Origin: Octopus bimaculoides
Lineage: Eukaryota
Length of the DNA: 64,000 nt
NCBI RefSeq assembly: GCF_001194135.2
Contig: NC_068981.1
Location: forward strand, 114,047,955-114,111,954
Direction of reading: 5' to 3'
Part shown: piece by piece, positions 25,866 through 39,484 of the stretch
Position numbering within the stretch: the stretch's first letter is position 1
Layout of the letters: the number at the start of each line of letters is the position of its first letter
Program-made: the position numbers and the translations under genes
The notes under the pieces: model-generated
Databases searched by the model: none
The model's input: only the letters and a program-made list of their open reading frames with translations
What the model was told of the DNA's origin: nothing

Positions 25866-26439
25866 TAAGCCCTTCACCAGGAAAATTGTCAATTTTGCGA
25901 AAAAGAAATAATCATAATAAATATATACTTCAATACAATGTTTGAATTAATACTTTTAGCAAGTCAAATATACAAATTTACAATGTTAAAGAAATGAAAA
26001 TAAACGCTCATCACGGTTTAAAAATAACAACAGCGTTCTTGTAAACTTTATCAAATTGTTCAATCTAATTTCTCTGGAAAAAATTACAAATTTTTTTTTA
26101 TACACAAAAAATTCCAGGAATATAAAAGTTCATGAGGAATATATTCAAACAAACTGAGAATGTCTTTTGGGAAAATGTACAATTCTACCACTTCTAGTTT
26201 TCTTTTCGCTGGTAGGTGATTTTAAAATTGACTTGTGGATCTTTTCCTCAACGTTAAGTTCGCTGTCTTGTGAATTGTTCTGTTTCAAGTTTTTTTTTTA
26301 ATGTGTTGCTCAAATCGTTATTTTCATGACATGAAGACTGATCGAAATAAGCTTTTTTAACTCTAAACTGACAATTTCCTTTTTACCATGCTTATCCAAA
26401 GTCATATTTTTATCTTTAATTGATAAAACTTTAAAAGGT

Positions 26440-27215
26440 CCAGTGTATTTATAATTCAGTGAATGATGACTGGCATCATTACGTACAAATACATGAGTCC
26501 AAAAATTAGTAGGAACGAAACTTTTTAATATTTTGTAATTTACTTGTTAAAGAAGGAACATCAGAAAGAAATCCTTTGAGCCGGGTTACATAATGGTCAA
26601 TAAAAGAATTGGTTTCTTCAAACATTTGACCAGGTAGAGATAATGTTGTTCCGTACAAAAGTTCAGCGGGAGAATATTGTAAACTTTCTTTAACAGCACT
26701 CCTGATTCCTAACAATGTCACTGGTAAAGTTTCTAACCAACTGCTAGAATCAGAATAAGTTCTTAATGAAGATTTCAACTGCCTATGAAATCTTTCTATC
26801 ATGCCGTTAGATTGTGGATGATATGAAGTTGTACGAATTCTATGAATTCCCAACAATGTGTTGAATTCTGCAAAAAGTGTAGAATTGTCTTCCACGATCT
26901 GTTGTCAATGTGTTGGGTATGCCGAATCTATACATCCAAGTGGTAAATAAAGCTCTTGCTATAGTTACTACAGATATGTCGTTGATTGGATAAGCTTCTG
27001 GCCATCGCGAAAAACGATCTATGCATGTTATAACAAATAAATATTACCTTCCACTGGAGGTATGTCAATATGTCAATATTATCTTCCACTGGAGGTATGT
27101 CCAACTATGTCAATATGAATGTGTTGAAATCTGGCATCAGGATTTGCAAAAGTGCCTAATGATGCTTTAATATGACGATTTACTTTTGCTTTTTGCCACT
27201 GCATACACGATTGAA
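26440..27215 (-). mobile_element. Gypsy LTR retrotransposon integrase fragment
   Basis: FQHIHIDIVG; CIDRFSRWPEAYPI; TTSYHPQSNGMIERFHRQLKSSL; SPAELLYG. Confidence 0.92.
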
Positions 27216-27450
27216 CCCATCTTTTTTCTGTAGTTATCCTATAGTGTTGGCATAGCTTCCAGTGTATGTAGGTCGCAACTCTGTCGCGCCTGTGAATATA
27301 TTCCTTCTTACATAGGACTGGGCAGCCGGAGACAATATGATTTATTGCTTCTTGTCCATCTCCACATATTCTGCAGTTACTTGTTATGTTTCTTTTCATT
27401 ATGGTTTTGGTAATTTCTGGTGGTGAAGCTTTGGTCTTGTACTGCAATTA
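27216..27450 (-). mobile_element. R4/Dong CCHC zinc-finger fragment
   Basis: CRICGDGQEAINHIVSGCPVLCKKEYIHRRDRVATYIHWKLC. Confidence 0.88.
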
Positions 27451-27464
27451 AAAATCTTTTAGTT

Positions 27465-27569
27465 TCTTCTTCTTCTTCTTCTTCTTCTTCTTCTTCTTCT
27501 TCTTCTTCTTCTTCTTCTTCTTCTTCTTCTTCTTCTTCTTCTTCTTCTTCTTCTTCTTCTTCTTCTTCT

Positions 27570-27610
<41 letters not shown>

Positions 27611-27675
27611 GCTATTATGACTATGTCATCGTCATCGTCGTCGTCATCATCATCATCATCATTATCATCATCATG

Positions 27676-27740
<65 letters not shown>
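27465..27740. repeat. (CTT)n(ATT)n(CAT)n(ATT)n compound microsatellite
   Basis: Read directly from the sequence. Confidence 0.98.
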
Positions 27741-27741
<1 letters not shown>

Positions 27742-28169
27742 GACAATGCCAAGAAGGCCGAAATCACGTGATCTAGTAGTTCCGGTGGCTAAGGCGGACG
27801 GTTCTCGCCCGTCAACGATAAAAAAACACGAGTGCTTTTGTGCACCACAAGTTCATACAAGAGGTCTTCTCATGGTAAATAATTCAATATTCAGTACAGA
27901 AAACTCTTTCGTCATACTGTTTCGTTTGACTCAAGCTGCTTAGATCTTGAGTATTCCTGATACAACGAAGTACAGAAGTCACAATCGTATGAGACATTGT
28001 CGGGGCATACAGGAGACAAAAGTAGCATGGAAATGCCTCCCGATTCTGAGCGCTGGAAAGCAGAAAACTTGTAATTCTATCAGTCACCAACACCAACATC
28101 ACCAGTACAACTATAACTATCCTACCCAGCACTCCACTACTATTACGACATTAAGAAAAAACATGAGTA

Positions 28170-29420
28170 ACTATTTGAAAAACAGCCACAACCGCTACGG
28201 TGCCAGAGGAAAAAAAAACAAAAACAAAAAATCATGCACTTCTCTGAAAGGAAAAGACTCTCCAATGCATTTTCATCTTCAGTTTCAACACAAGTCCTTG
28301 TTCTGTTGCTGCATGCTTAAGTAATTCTCTAATCACTATCTGCAAGGTTTATTGGCTTTTGTTCTCCATCTACAAAAGGATGCCAATAACTTCCCTTCCA
28401 ATCTAATCTTCTGCTTCATGTATAAATGACTGACATTTGCTCTTCGGCGAAGTATTCCATTCATATTTAGATTTTCGTTTCTCTTTCCAATGTATCTATA
28501 ACAACATCCGTGTTATACAGCATTACATTACGGCAGCCACCCCATGTTTTGATTGTATTCATTAAATTCTTTGAATTAAGTTTGGACTTCGTTTCTTTAA
28601 GCATAAAATCATCGAGTTCCGCTATGCCTAGATACTTGTATTCATTGTCCTGTGGTTCTAATATCCGTTCTTGGAATATCCGTTATTGGAATAAGATTAT
28701 TCCAATAAAATGTTCTCTCATCATGGCTAAATTTCTTGAGTTTGATACTCTAAATTCCAATTTAATTCCACTGCGAACAGAGCTTTACAGATTTAACAAC
28801 TGAGGTGATTTCTATTTGTGACTTTGCAACTATCTTTAAGTCATCCATGAAGAATAGATGATTTAATGAAAATGGGTTTATCTCATGTTTGTAGTTCATG
28901 CTGACATTTCTAGGTCCCATTGAGATACGAGATTTTGCTATAACAAATAACAAAAAGCAGAACTAGTCACCCTGGAAGCTATCACTTTTAAGCGCTATAC
29001 CTCCCAGTGATTTCATGTTCACTATCAAGTTCGTTTTCCAGTACATAATACTAGTACTGGGGATGTTGACGATTTTTTGCTATACCAAACATAATCCAGG
29101 AATGCTCTATCATGCTGTAGAACTTTTGTGAAGTTGGCCCATACTAAGCGAGCGCACATTAATCTGCATCACTTGCCTTCGTAAGCGTTTTGTCAATGAC
29201 CAAATGGTCATTGGAGCTTTTCAGTCTTTATTGTGTCCCTCAAGTTCGATAGGTAGTAATTTACCTGTTTGTAACTTCCATAAGAGATTGAGGCAGGTAA
29301 TTAGTCGATAATTCTTTGCTTCTCCTTATTTGAATCTTTCCTTATCTAATTTGCTCATTTCTCAACTCAACCAGCCACTTCTTTACAATATTACAAAGAG
29401 AAATGTTTACGAAGTTGCCG
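28170..29420 (-). mobile_element. R4/Dong RT fragment
   Basis: NYRLITCLNLLWKL, HSWIM, LNHLFFMDDLK. Confidence 0.85.
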
Positions 29421-30150
29421 GTCAGTCTCGGAGAACATTCGGATCTGGAACAATCACGACTAACTTCTGTAAGATGTCGCATGTTGGACAAATCCGACTA
29501 GCAATCGAGTCCATCGTGAAAACCATCCAAACACCCACTTTACAAAAGGCAGATCAGAATGCATACCTTTGTCTAGTGGTTGTATGGTGGATGAGGCTAA
29601 AATGATAAAGGAAAGACAACTTCCTCATCGTTCATCGACATTTTTATAGTCTGACTTGTAAAGAAAGTTAGGGTAGAGAGGGAAGTGCTCTCTTCCAGCA
29701 AATTTGAAAAATGGTAGGTGACTGCGGGAAAAATAATTAAGTTTGGATAGTCTGTCCTACGAGCTTTATCTTTACAGACCAGAATTGTTTGGAGACATGG
29801 CATGATCCCAGTCATGGCAAGTGAATTCTTTAACGCTGAATACATGTGGTCACCGTTTGTCACGCTCGTATTTCCACACTTCGCCTCTTTGACAACGTTA
29901 TAGTCCTGGATTAAACGTAAACGAAGCAGGGCCCTTGGTATCCGGAATGACGTTAAGTGCTCACCGCCCTCTGCTACTCGAGTAGTACGGTTGGTAGAAG
30001 TTCCACCTTTACGTTAGCGGAGGTCAAAGCGACAATGTTCTTGGGGAAACTCTGTGTCGACGAAAATCAACTGACTGGTCTGTTCTGCAGGGCTTTCGTG
30101 TCGAGACCCATGGTTCATTTTCAAAAATCTTTAGCCTGATAGTGCTACCG
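29420..30150 (-). mobile_element. Possible Gypsy RT relic
   Basis: Weak similarity (TDYPNL...HFSNLL...MSMNDEE) to the LTR-RT N-terminal motifs; heavily decayed. Confidence 0.35.
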
Positions 30151-30898
30151 TGGGGCATTGCCGGTTCGAGATAAATTCTACAATCATAAAGTATAAACGC
30201 TCTAGGAGTGTTTCTGGCTCATGTTTCTCTTTTCTGTTTATGGTTCAAAATAATGGCATAATTTTCAATGTATGAAAAACGTTAAAAGGCCTGTATACGT
30301 ATTCTATCTTGTAAAAAACTGACCGTCCAGATAAAGATGTGATTAGTTGTTTCTTCTTTGCCCCTGCATATTCTGTAGATACTTAAAAGCCTTTGATGCT
30401 ACGTTGAAATTAAATATTCTTCGATCGTAGCTTTGAGTCTTTGGATCTTCAGCTATTGCGACTATTTTTCATTAGCTATTCCTTACTTGCTCGAGTAGAA
30501 CCCACGTAGAACTTTGTTTCCCATCGTTTCAGACAGTAAAATCTTTTTATTTAGCATTTAGTTTTGCGATAGTTTCTGTAGTTCTTTCTCTATTATTTGA
30601 AAATTGTGTGTTACTTCAACTTCTGGTTTATCTTTGTTATTTTTTTCACTGTCAGTAAATAATTTTTGCTTTGTTCATGTTTTGCATCTATTTCTATTAA
30701 CTTTCCATTATACTTTAGTAGATTTTCTGTTTTCTTTTTTTTTTTTAGTGATTCCACAGAAAGGATGAAAAGAGTAGTAAAATCGAGATGTGAACGGTCC
30801 GTTCAAGATCATCGTTGCCGATTCTAAGAGGGCGAGAGAGAGGAGACAAAGGAGAGAGAGACAAGAGAGAGGAGAAAGAGGGAGTGAGAGAGAGAGCT

Positions 30899-31128
30899 GG
30901 ATTCCCAACCGGCCCACTGATATAACTTATCACTATATTCACACCACTTCGCAAACCCAGAAATATATTTACAACAAATACAGAGATGTTGTGGTTTTTG
31001 GCCAATAGAAAGCTATTAGCGATTATCTTAGGTGGCGATTTAGCTGTGTCTTTTAAAAAGCAGATATATGCCTTGCAGTATTTGTTTCAGCTCTTTGTGA
31101 TAAGAGTTCAAATCCCACTAAGGGACTG

Positions 31129-31174
<46 letters not shown>

Positions 31175-32709
31175 AAGAAAGAGAGAGAGGGGCTCTCTGC
31201 ATAAAAGATAAAATACGATTTGATGGGATCTGAACTTCTTTCGCAGAGAGCTGGAACAAATACTGCAAAGCATGTATTTGCTTTTTAAAAGACTCAGCTA
31301 AATGGCCAACTTAGATAATCGTTATTTGTTTTCTATTTGTCAAAAGCCACAGCATCTCACTATTTGTCGTAAATATCAGGTCATCCCGTAAGTTCTGTCC
31401 GATTTTACCTTTTTTAAAATTGAATGAAGTTTAATAGTATTTTAGAATGTCTAATGGAATTAAAAATTATTCTTATGCATTTGTGTTCATTTGAAATAAT
31501 TAAATATTATTTTACAGAATAATAGAATTAAAATTTCTTTGATTAAAACCCTTTCTGACATGGAAGTATCCAAAGAGCATTTAAGGCACATAATACTTCA
31601 TGAGTACAAAAAAGGGAACTCTGCAGCCGAAGTGACTCGAAACATACACTCAGTTTATGGGAAAGAATGCTTGAAAGAAAGAACTTGCAGAAGATGGTTT
31701 GCAAAATTCAGAAGTGGAGATTTCAGCCTTGAAGACGAAGATCGAACAGGACGTCCAGTTGAGTTTGACGATAAGCTTCTTGAGGCATTACTTGAACAAA
31801 ATCCAGCATTATCATTTGAAGAACTGGCAATAAAGCTTAGTTCAAACCATGCAACTGTTCATCGTCATCTTCAACAACTTGGAAAGTTTCCTAAACTTGG
31901 AAAATGGGTGCCTCATGAATTGTCCGAAAGCAACCGCAAATCTAGAGTTGACATCTGCTCTTCTATCCATTCTCACGAACACATTTCACCCTTTTTGGAT
32001 AGACTTGTGACTGGTGACGAAAAATGGATCTTCTATCAAAATGTTAAACGTCATAAACAGTAACTTGGTAAAAGGGAAAAAGCTCAACCCCAACCGAGAA
32101 GGGAACTTCATTGGAAAAAGGAGTAATTCACTTTGAATTGTTACCACCTAATGCAGCAACCAATGCTCAAGTCTACTGTCAGCAATTGGAGTGTTTGAAC
32201 CAATCTATGAAGAAAAACAGACCCGCTTTAGTGAATCAAAATGTAGTGATGTTTCATTAGGACAATGCGCGACACCACATTGCAAAGATCATATCACAGA
32301 AGATCCGAGAGCTTGATTGGGAAAAGATTCCTCATCCACCTTATTCTCCCGACCTTGCTCCTTCAGACTACCATTTGTTTCGTAATTTACAGAATCATTT
32401 GGGAGACATAACTTCCGCAAACTAGGAGGAGAACGAAACTGACATTTGAGAGTTCTTCGCTTTGAAACCAAAAGAGTTTTACATTGATGGGATTAAATAG
32501 CTTGTAAATATAGATGGAAGGAAATCATAGATAATCAGGGAAAGTACATTGATGATTAATTTTCAATTAAATATATAACATTTGATCACTTGTTTTCTTT
32601 ATTCAAAATTCGGACAGAACTTATGTGATGACCTGATATATTTATGCGTGGGCTTGCAGAGTAATGTGAATGTAGTGATAAGTTATATCAATGGGCCGAT
32701 TGTGAATCC
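30899..32709. mobile_element. Foldback/MITE-like element split by a mariner
   Basis: Left arm 30899-31120 is the reverse complement of 31218-31375 plus 32639-32709; (GA)n spacer. Confidence 0.8.
31376..32636 (+). mobile_element. Full-length (1261 bp) mariner with a disrupted transposase
   Basis: About 30-bp TIRs tcaggtcatc.c.taagttctgtccga, TA TSDs; WVPHEL, VTGDEKW and YSPDLAPSDY motifs; premature stop at 32061-32063. Confidence 0.96.
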
Positions 32710-33299
32710 GGTTCAAACAATTCCATTACACTGCACTAGACATGGATAAATTTCATTTTCCTCTCTCAAAAAATACATCGTTGCTGTGATTTTTCAATAG
32801 AAAAATATGATTTACTCAGCATTTAGAGATAATATGCAGAATTGTATGATGTAAGGAACAAATGCTTCATATATCATTTTGCAAACTGCTATGAATGCCA
32901 TGTTCGAACTCACCAGAATATTAGCCGGAATAAATACTATATGTTGTTGATTCAAAATATCAGTAAAATAATATATTCGAGATAAATAACCTTGATACAT
33001 ACACATTGCTTTTATGAACAGAGATCTTGGAAATATTTTCCACTGGCAGCATAACAATCTAGCCATATGTGTGTATGTTAGTGTGTGAACCTATCTGTGT
33101 GCATTGTGTATGTATGTATGTTTATCTAATATCTCTAATCACAAGTGTCGGCAGAAATTTCAAGTTAAAATATCATGTCGGACAAAATTGAAGTTTCAAG
33201 CTAGTTTTGTTCCTTGGTATTTGAATGAAATCATTTATACGCTAACTGGGAATTTCATTAATCTTCCTTCCGTTCGTTGCCTTGAAATTACCTATTCCT

Positions 33300-34100
33300 C
33301 TACTGAATTCCGGTCAGCTGAACAATGTACACCAGTATCAAAGTATGGATAGATTTGCAATCATTCATTCTATGACAAAACAGCGACATTTCAACAAAGA
33401 TGCTGTGCATCAAATGACTTTTAAAGAAGATTGATGTACGACTAGAACATTCTTCTTCCATAAATGTTGGTCTAATACGCCTACAGCTGATGGTTCTAAA
33501 CCAAATAAGCATCTCTTTACATTACAGAGGATCTGATTAACCTTATAGAATCTATGAAGTTTAACAACTAAGACAATACTTTCCAGACTGAATTTATTTG
33601 GGAAAGCAGATAAAACTAATTACGAATAAGAGACTGACAAAAATATCATTAATGAAATCAAACAAAAAATCTAACCTTAGATTAAAATAGTTAAGACAAA
33701 AAATCTTGCCACTCTATTAAAATTAGATGACTGTATTGAACGTATGAACCAACATGAACATGATATAGTACAAAAATAGCAAGCTACCTACATATCGATA
33801 TAAATGTCCACCTCATACAGGAGCTAATTTATAGAGTCGATGTTTTAGACACGAACTGCAAACTCAATAGCCAAACGAGGAAGCAGCTTATAAAAATACC
33901 GATGCAAGCATCCGCTAACAATTATTAAGTATATCGTTGTCAACATCAGTTGAAACATTTCTAATCATTCTTCAGTTATGAATATAAACAATAAAGTCGC
34001 CTCATGCTACAATAACATATAAAAGGATAGGTATTTCCAATGAAAAAACAAAATAAAACTATCCCTTACTAGAAGTAAGAGAATAGAAGATAAATTACAT
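33300..34100 (+). mobile_element. Naiad-like PLE relic (N-terminal and RT-proximal pieces)
   Basis: EDLINLIESMKF...FQ, KADKTN, LKLDDCIERM; shares a 50-bp block with 34814-34864. Confidence 0.6.
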
Positions 34101-34559
34101 GGTTCAATCAATTATTTGTGTGCATGTAACCGAAAACATAGCCAGACATTTCTTATTACGTTTGCATAACGAAATACCATAATTCATTAATTATTGCATA
34201 CTAGCTTCAGGAATGTAAATTGGTATATCCAATAACTTAACACCGCTGTATGCGGTGGGTGTATAAGCAATGTGTTCGGAAGCGAGAACAGGTTAGATGG
34301 GTATTGATGAAGGGGCAAAACACCCCCGAAATATGGCATATACACTCATTACCCATTTTTATCACCCATCCCATTGTTTGTTTACATCTGACGTCCCGAT
34401 ACGAAATGTTGTAGCAAAAATCAGTGCTGGGAAAAATCTGTACAGACTATCTGTAGAAATAACCTTAACAAAATAATGTAAAAAGCACTACAAATGCAGC
34501 AGAACGTGGTATTGACTTATAAAAACATTTAATATACTTTATAATATATTATACTTGCA

Positions 34560-35100
34560 TAACGAAATACCACGTACCTACAAATCATTAAGACATTTCT
34601 TAATCCCACTGGGCAGGGACATTCCCATATACCACAGATACCACAAAATCTTCAGCAAAAATTCTGTGGAGGTTAACTATAGCGATTTCGGCAAAATAGG
34701 GTAACAAATACTCAATCAAAATACAACGACCAGAATTAATGTGGAAGTCATTTCAACGTGGATGTAATTTCAGAAACACTGGTAGATATTCTTTGAATAA
34801 TAAATTCCTCGAAAAGGAGCTAATTTATAGAGCAGATGTTTTAGATACTGACTGCAAACTCAAACATAGGGTTTTCTGGAACCAAAAGAACCATGGAGTA
34901 GTAAGGTGGACCATTGCTGGAAATACAAGGGACAAGGCATCAAATATGGACGACTGGAGCATTTCTGCAAACAAAATGAAAAAGATATCTTCTTGCTACA
35001 TGCAAATACATAAAAGTTTCAAGCCTTCAATCATACTCTTGTTCGAACACATTTCAGCTGCAATGTGGTTAACCACTCACTTTCCTGTTTGCTATTTTCT
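34560..35100 (+). mobile_element. Naiad-like PLE linker and GIY-YIG relic
   Basis: RYHKIFSKNSVEVNYS; GCNFRNTGRYSLNNKFLEKELIYRADV (a decayed CNCR..CPL...C..LIY.A.V). Confidence 0.7.
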
Positions 35101-36212
35101 TTCACTTCTCATTCTCACTCTCCTTCTATGAACACCAACTGCACTTGTCAACAAATTTGTTGACGTTGCCCTTGTAAATAAAAATATACCATTCATTTAC
35201 TTCCTCATATATCTCACATACTCACACCTAGATTTGTAACACAAGCGCCAACCTTGCTCTCACACAGTCTAAGTCTCTTGATTTTCCCGTTCTCCATAAA
35301 GAAAAAAAACCGGTAATACATCAACGAATCAACTTCCCGCTGTATACCGAACGATCATTTTATTAAGGATTGTACATAATTGGGCATAACGTCATAAAGT
35401 TTGAGCGATGTAACATAGTGAATGAACCCTCGTGGAAGTGGAAATAGTACACTGGAATTTCACATGCATAAGCTTTACAATACAAGTCAATTCGTGCCGC
35501 CCTATATGATGTTTCGAGACGTTGACACGAATGTCATATGCTGCGATGAAATTTAAACGATGTGACATGATGGTGTAACATAGACAATCATCTGCGTTGA
35601 AATGCTGCACCAATGTAATCCATGTATGAACCGCAGACTACTTTGAACTCAGTTTGACCAAAAGAACGAGACATTCTTGGTAAGGATAAGCTCTGCTCCC
35701 CATTGCTTCAACTACTCATCACCCCTAAATCATACACGTACATAAACCCTAAGCAATATGATGCCTTGAGTGTGAATCCATGAATGCTGAACATTTTTTT
35801 CTCTATCTCTGCACTACATCTGTTCCGCATAACTCCTGACGACTAGCCCAAATATGATATATTTTTATCATTGTCATAATTATTCTATAACATATTCAGT
35901 TTATTACATTACATTATATTTCCTTCTGTTTTGCATATCAAGTTGAAATTTCATCAACCTCCGTTGAAAGACAATGAGGATCCAGAAACATGATTGATGA
36001 TACATCCCAGAGCACCCGAAATATGCATCTTAAGACCATTATATTCAATTTATTATATTTCAGTATATTTCATTCTGTTTTACTTTATCTTATTCATCAT
36101 ATTCCGTTTTATTCCACCAATCTCATTCGAATGTATGCATACGAATAGTTGTACACGAATATGCAGACGGGAAGTAACATAGGATACCAAGGATATATGT
36201 ATGTATATGTGT

Positions 36213-36618
36213 ATTCTTTTTTTTTATTCTTTAACTTGTTTCAGTAATTTGACTGCGGCCATGCTGGAGCTCCGCCTTAAAAGGTTTTAGTCGAAGAAAT
36301 CGAAGCCAAGACTTATTCTTTGTAAGGCTAGTATTAATTCTATTAGTCTCTCTTGTCGAACCGCTAAGTTACGGAGACATAAACACACTAGCATCGGTTG
36401 TCAAGCGATGGCGGAGGAACAAACACACACACACAAATATTATATACATACATATATACGAGGGGCTTTCTTTCAGTTTCCGTCTACGAAGTCCACTCAC
36501 AGGGCTTTGGTCGGCTCGAGACTAAAGCAGAAGACAATTGCCCAAGGTGCTACGGTGTGGGACTATACATGGAACCATGTAGTTGGGAAGCAAGATTGTA
36601 ACCAAACAGCCACACCTG
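36213..36618 (-). mobile_element. OR-type CORE SINE
   Basis: Reverse complement of the 6359-6825 family. Confidence 0.88.
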
Positions 36619-36631
36619 GTGTTTTTAATTT

Positions 36632-36768
36632 TATAGCTATATAATGCTATTACACGTGTTGAACTGCCTATGTTACTGCTGTTAATATTATCAATTAAAA
36701 ATATTCACAGCAGGTGATACCAACAAGAGTAACATCATACTTTGAGTGCAAATACCCGAATGATTTTG

Positions 36769-36773
<5 letters not shown>
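36632..36773. repeat. Unclassified 110-140 bp dispersed repeat, copy A (B at 37178-37319, C at 41723-41830)
   Basis: Direct alignment; B and C differ at 1 of 108 positions. Confidence 0.9.
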
Positions 36774-36800
<27 letters not shown>

Positions 36801-37494
36801 NNNNNNNNNNNNNNNNNNNNNNNNNNNNNNNNNNNNNNNTATATATATGAATTTTGCACCATGTAGATCGGCTTGGCGCGAAACGCGACATAACACTAGC
36901 AGATTTATAACGTGACGGATCTAGAATTTTTACCAGTGACTCATGAAAAAGGTTGAGGCCCTCGGGTCAGAACCCAAAACCACGGTATATGAGTATCTGA
37001 ATGGCATATTCTTTAAAGGTATGCTTTTTTTAATGTCTTAATTCTCTGTCCGTTTCCTCGCCTACTGTTATTCTGTTATTTGGTACCTTCCGGCGGTTGA
37101 ATTAGGAGTTTAATTCCAATTTCTAAACAGGGTGATGCTTTTTCGGCATCCTCATGCATTGTGCTGACGTTAAATATTATAGCTATATAATGTTATTAGA
37201 CCTGTTGAACCTCCTATGTTACTGCTATTAACACTATCAATTAAAAATATTCACCGCAGATGATATTAACGATAGTAACATCTTACTTCGGGAGTAAATA
37301 CTCGGATGTTTTTGCTCATGCACACGCGCGCGTACACACACGCACGCACGCGCACCCCCCCCCCACACGAACACACATATATATATACTTCTAATATAAG
37401 GGTAACATTTTTCAGTGGCCAATATATCAAAATACTTTTTAAGGTGAAAATTAGAAACAATTATAAATAAGGGCAAAAGAAAAAGGAATTCTAT

Positions 37495-38027
37495 GCGCAG
37501 GAGTGTCTGTGTGGTAAGTAACTTGCTTACTAACCACATGGTTCCGGGTTCAGTCCCACTCCGTGGAACCTTGTGCAAGTGTCTTCTACTATAACCTCGA
37601 GCCGACCAAAGCCTTGTGAGTGGATTTGGTAGAAGGAAACTGAAAGAAACCCGTCGTATATATATATATATANNNNNNNNNNNNNNNNNNNNNNNNNNNN
37701 NNNNNNNNNNNNNNNNNNNNNNNNNNNNNNNNNNNNNNNNNNNNNNNNNNNNNNNNNNNNNNNNNNNNNNNNNNNNNNNNNNNNNNNNNNNNNNNNNNNN
37801 NNNNNNNNNNNNNNNNNNNNNNNNNNNNNNNNNNNNNNNNNNNNNNNNNNNNNNNNNNNNNNNNNNNNNNNNNNNNNNNNNNNNNNNNNNNNNNNNNNNN
37901 NNNNNNNNNNNNNNNNNNNNNNNNNNNNNNNNNNNNNNNNNNNNNNNNNNNNNNNNNNNNNNNNNNNNNNNNNNNNNNNATATATATATACATATATATA
38001 TATATACATATATATATGTGTGTGTGA

Positions 38028-38068
<41 letters not shown>

Positions 38069-38200
38069 TGTGTTTGTTCCCCCACTATCGATTGACAACC
38101 GATGCTGGTGTGTTAAGTGCTTGGGTCGATTTCTTCGACTAAAAGGCGGTGCTCCAGCATGGCCGCAGTCAAATGACTAAAACAAATACAAGAATAAAAG
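37495..38200 (+). mobile_element. OR-type CORE SINE spanning an N-gap
   Basis: gcgcaggagtgtctgtgtggtaag head through ...tcaaatgactaaaacaa tail. Confidence 0.9.
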
Positions 38201-39355
38201 AATATGTTGAAAAATAGACTTTTGATCGTCTAACCACATACAATCATTTTATGCTATATTATTCATTGTGTAGTGATTAGATCCCAATGCTGATGTAATG
38301 AGATGATGAACAATTTGTAGAACCTCTTACCACTCGGATTAGAAACATTTACTCAGTTACCAGGTATTACCTTTTTGTGAAGTACAGCAGTTGCATCACG
38401 AAAAGCCATGAAACTGAAAATAGATTGACGATGATTAAAGTTTTTTGATTTAACCAATCTAACAATTTATCAGTTCAAGAACTGGTGTCATTCCTAGTTA
38501 AAAACAAATAATAATAACGAATGCAATCTCCTTATATTCTAAGAAGGAGTTATTGAAAAACTATCTTATAGTTGTTTTTTCAAGGTAAACAAATCGATTT
38601 ACAATTAAGATCACTTTGTCAGAGTGTATGGAACCGAAATAAATTTTTAAGCAGACGTTGAATTTTCTAGCAATATTCAATTTCAGAAGTAGATTCTGAG
38701 TTTAATGTATACCAAGGCTGATTATGACTTCCATCGATTGTGAGATGATGTTACATGTCGCCATATACTGTTATATAAAACAAGTCATATTTTGAAATGA
38801 ATGTAATTAACATTACCTATTTTTAATAATCGCACACCTGCACACACACACATACACAAAACTATACACACACGCGTAAATATACATGAGTCCATCTATG
38901 TGATGGTATAATGTCAATAAACATTAAACATATCAACTGAAGAAGAACAAAGTTTGATAAATATAATATTCGTTTAATACTTGAAAAATTAAAAAACGAG
39001 CGTCATAACGTTTTGAGAGTTGGCCCTACATTAAAACGGCATAGAAAATAGAACTATAGGAAAGAGAAGAGAGAGATGGAGAGTGCAAGAGAGAGGGGAA
39101 GAGAAGTAGTCAGTTCTTCAAAGAAAAATAATTACAAAATCATAATATCAATAAAAATTCAGAACGAGGGGAGGGGTATTGGAGGAAAGTGGAGAGTTAG
39201 AAACCAAGGGGAATACTCTTGCATGGCAGGAGTTGAGAAGGGAGGGAGCTGTGAATATACATGTATTACATGTTTCAAGATACATGTATCAAAGTGTATA
39301 TGTGTGGTGTATGTATAAATTGTTGCAAGCTTGGTTTGTGTGGACAGGAGCTCAT

Positions 39356-39356
<1 letters not shown>

Positions 39357-39433
<77 letters not shown>

Positions 39434-39444
39434 TGTGTGCGTGC

Positions 39445-39482
<38 letters not shown>
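39357..39482. repeat. (GT)n microsatellite
   Basis: Read directly from the sequence. Confidence 0.98.

Positions 39483-39484
<2 letters not shown>

Noticed and set aside
27079-27447. ORF fusing a CCHC zinc finger to an integrase start
   Set aside because: Chance in-frame junction of a Dong fragment and a Gypsy fragment; it ends quickly in a small local duplication.
21914-27740. CRISPR-like or other prokaryotic arrays
   Set aside because: No repeat-spacer structure and no bacterial-type genes anywhere in the window.
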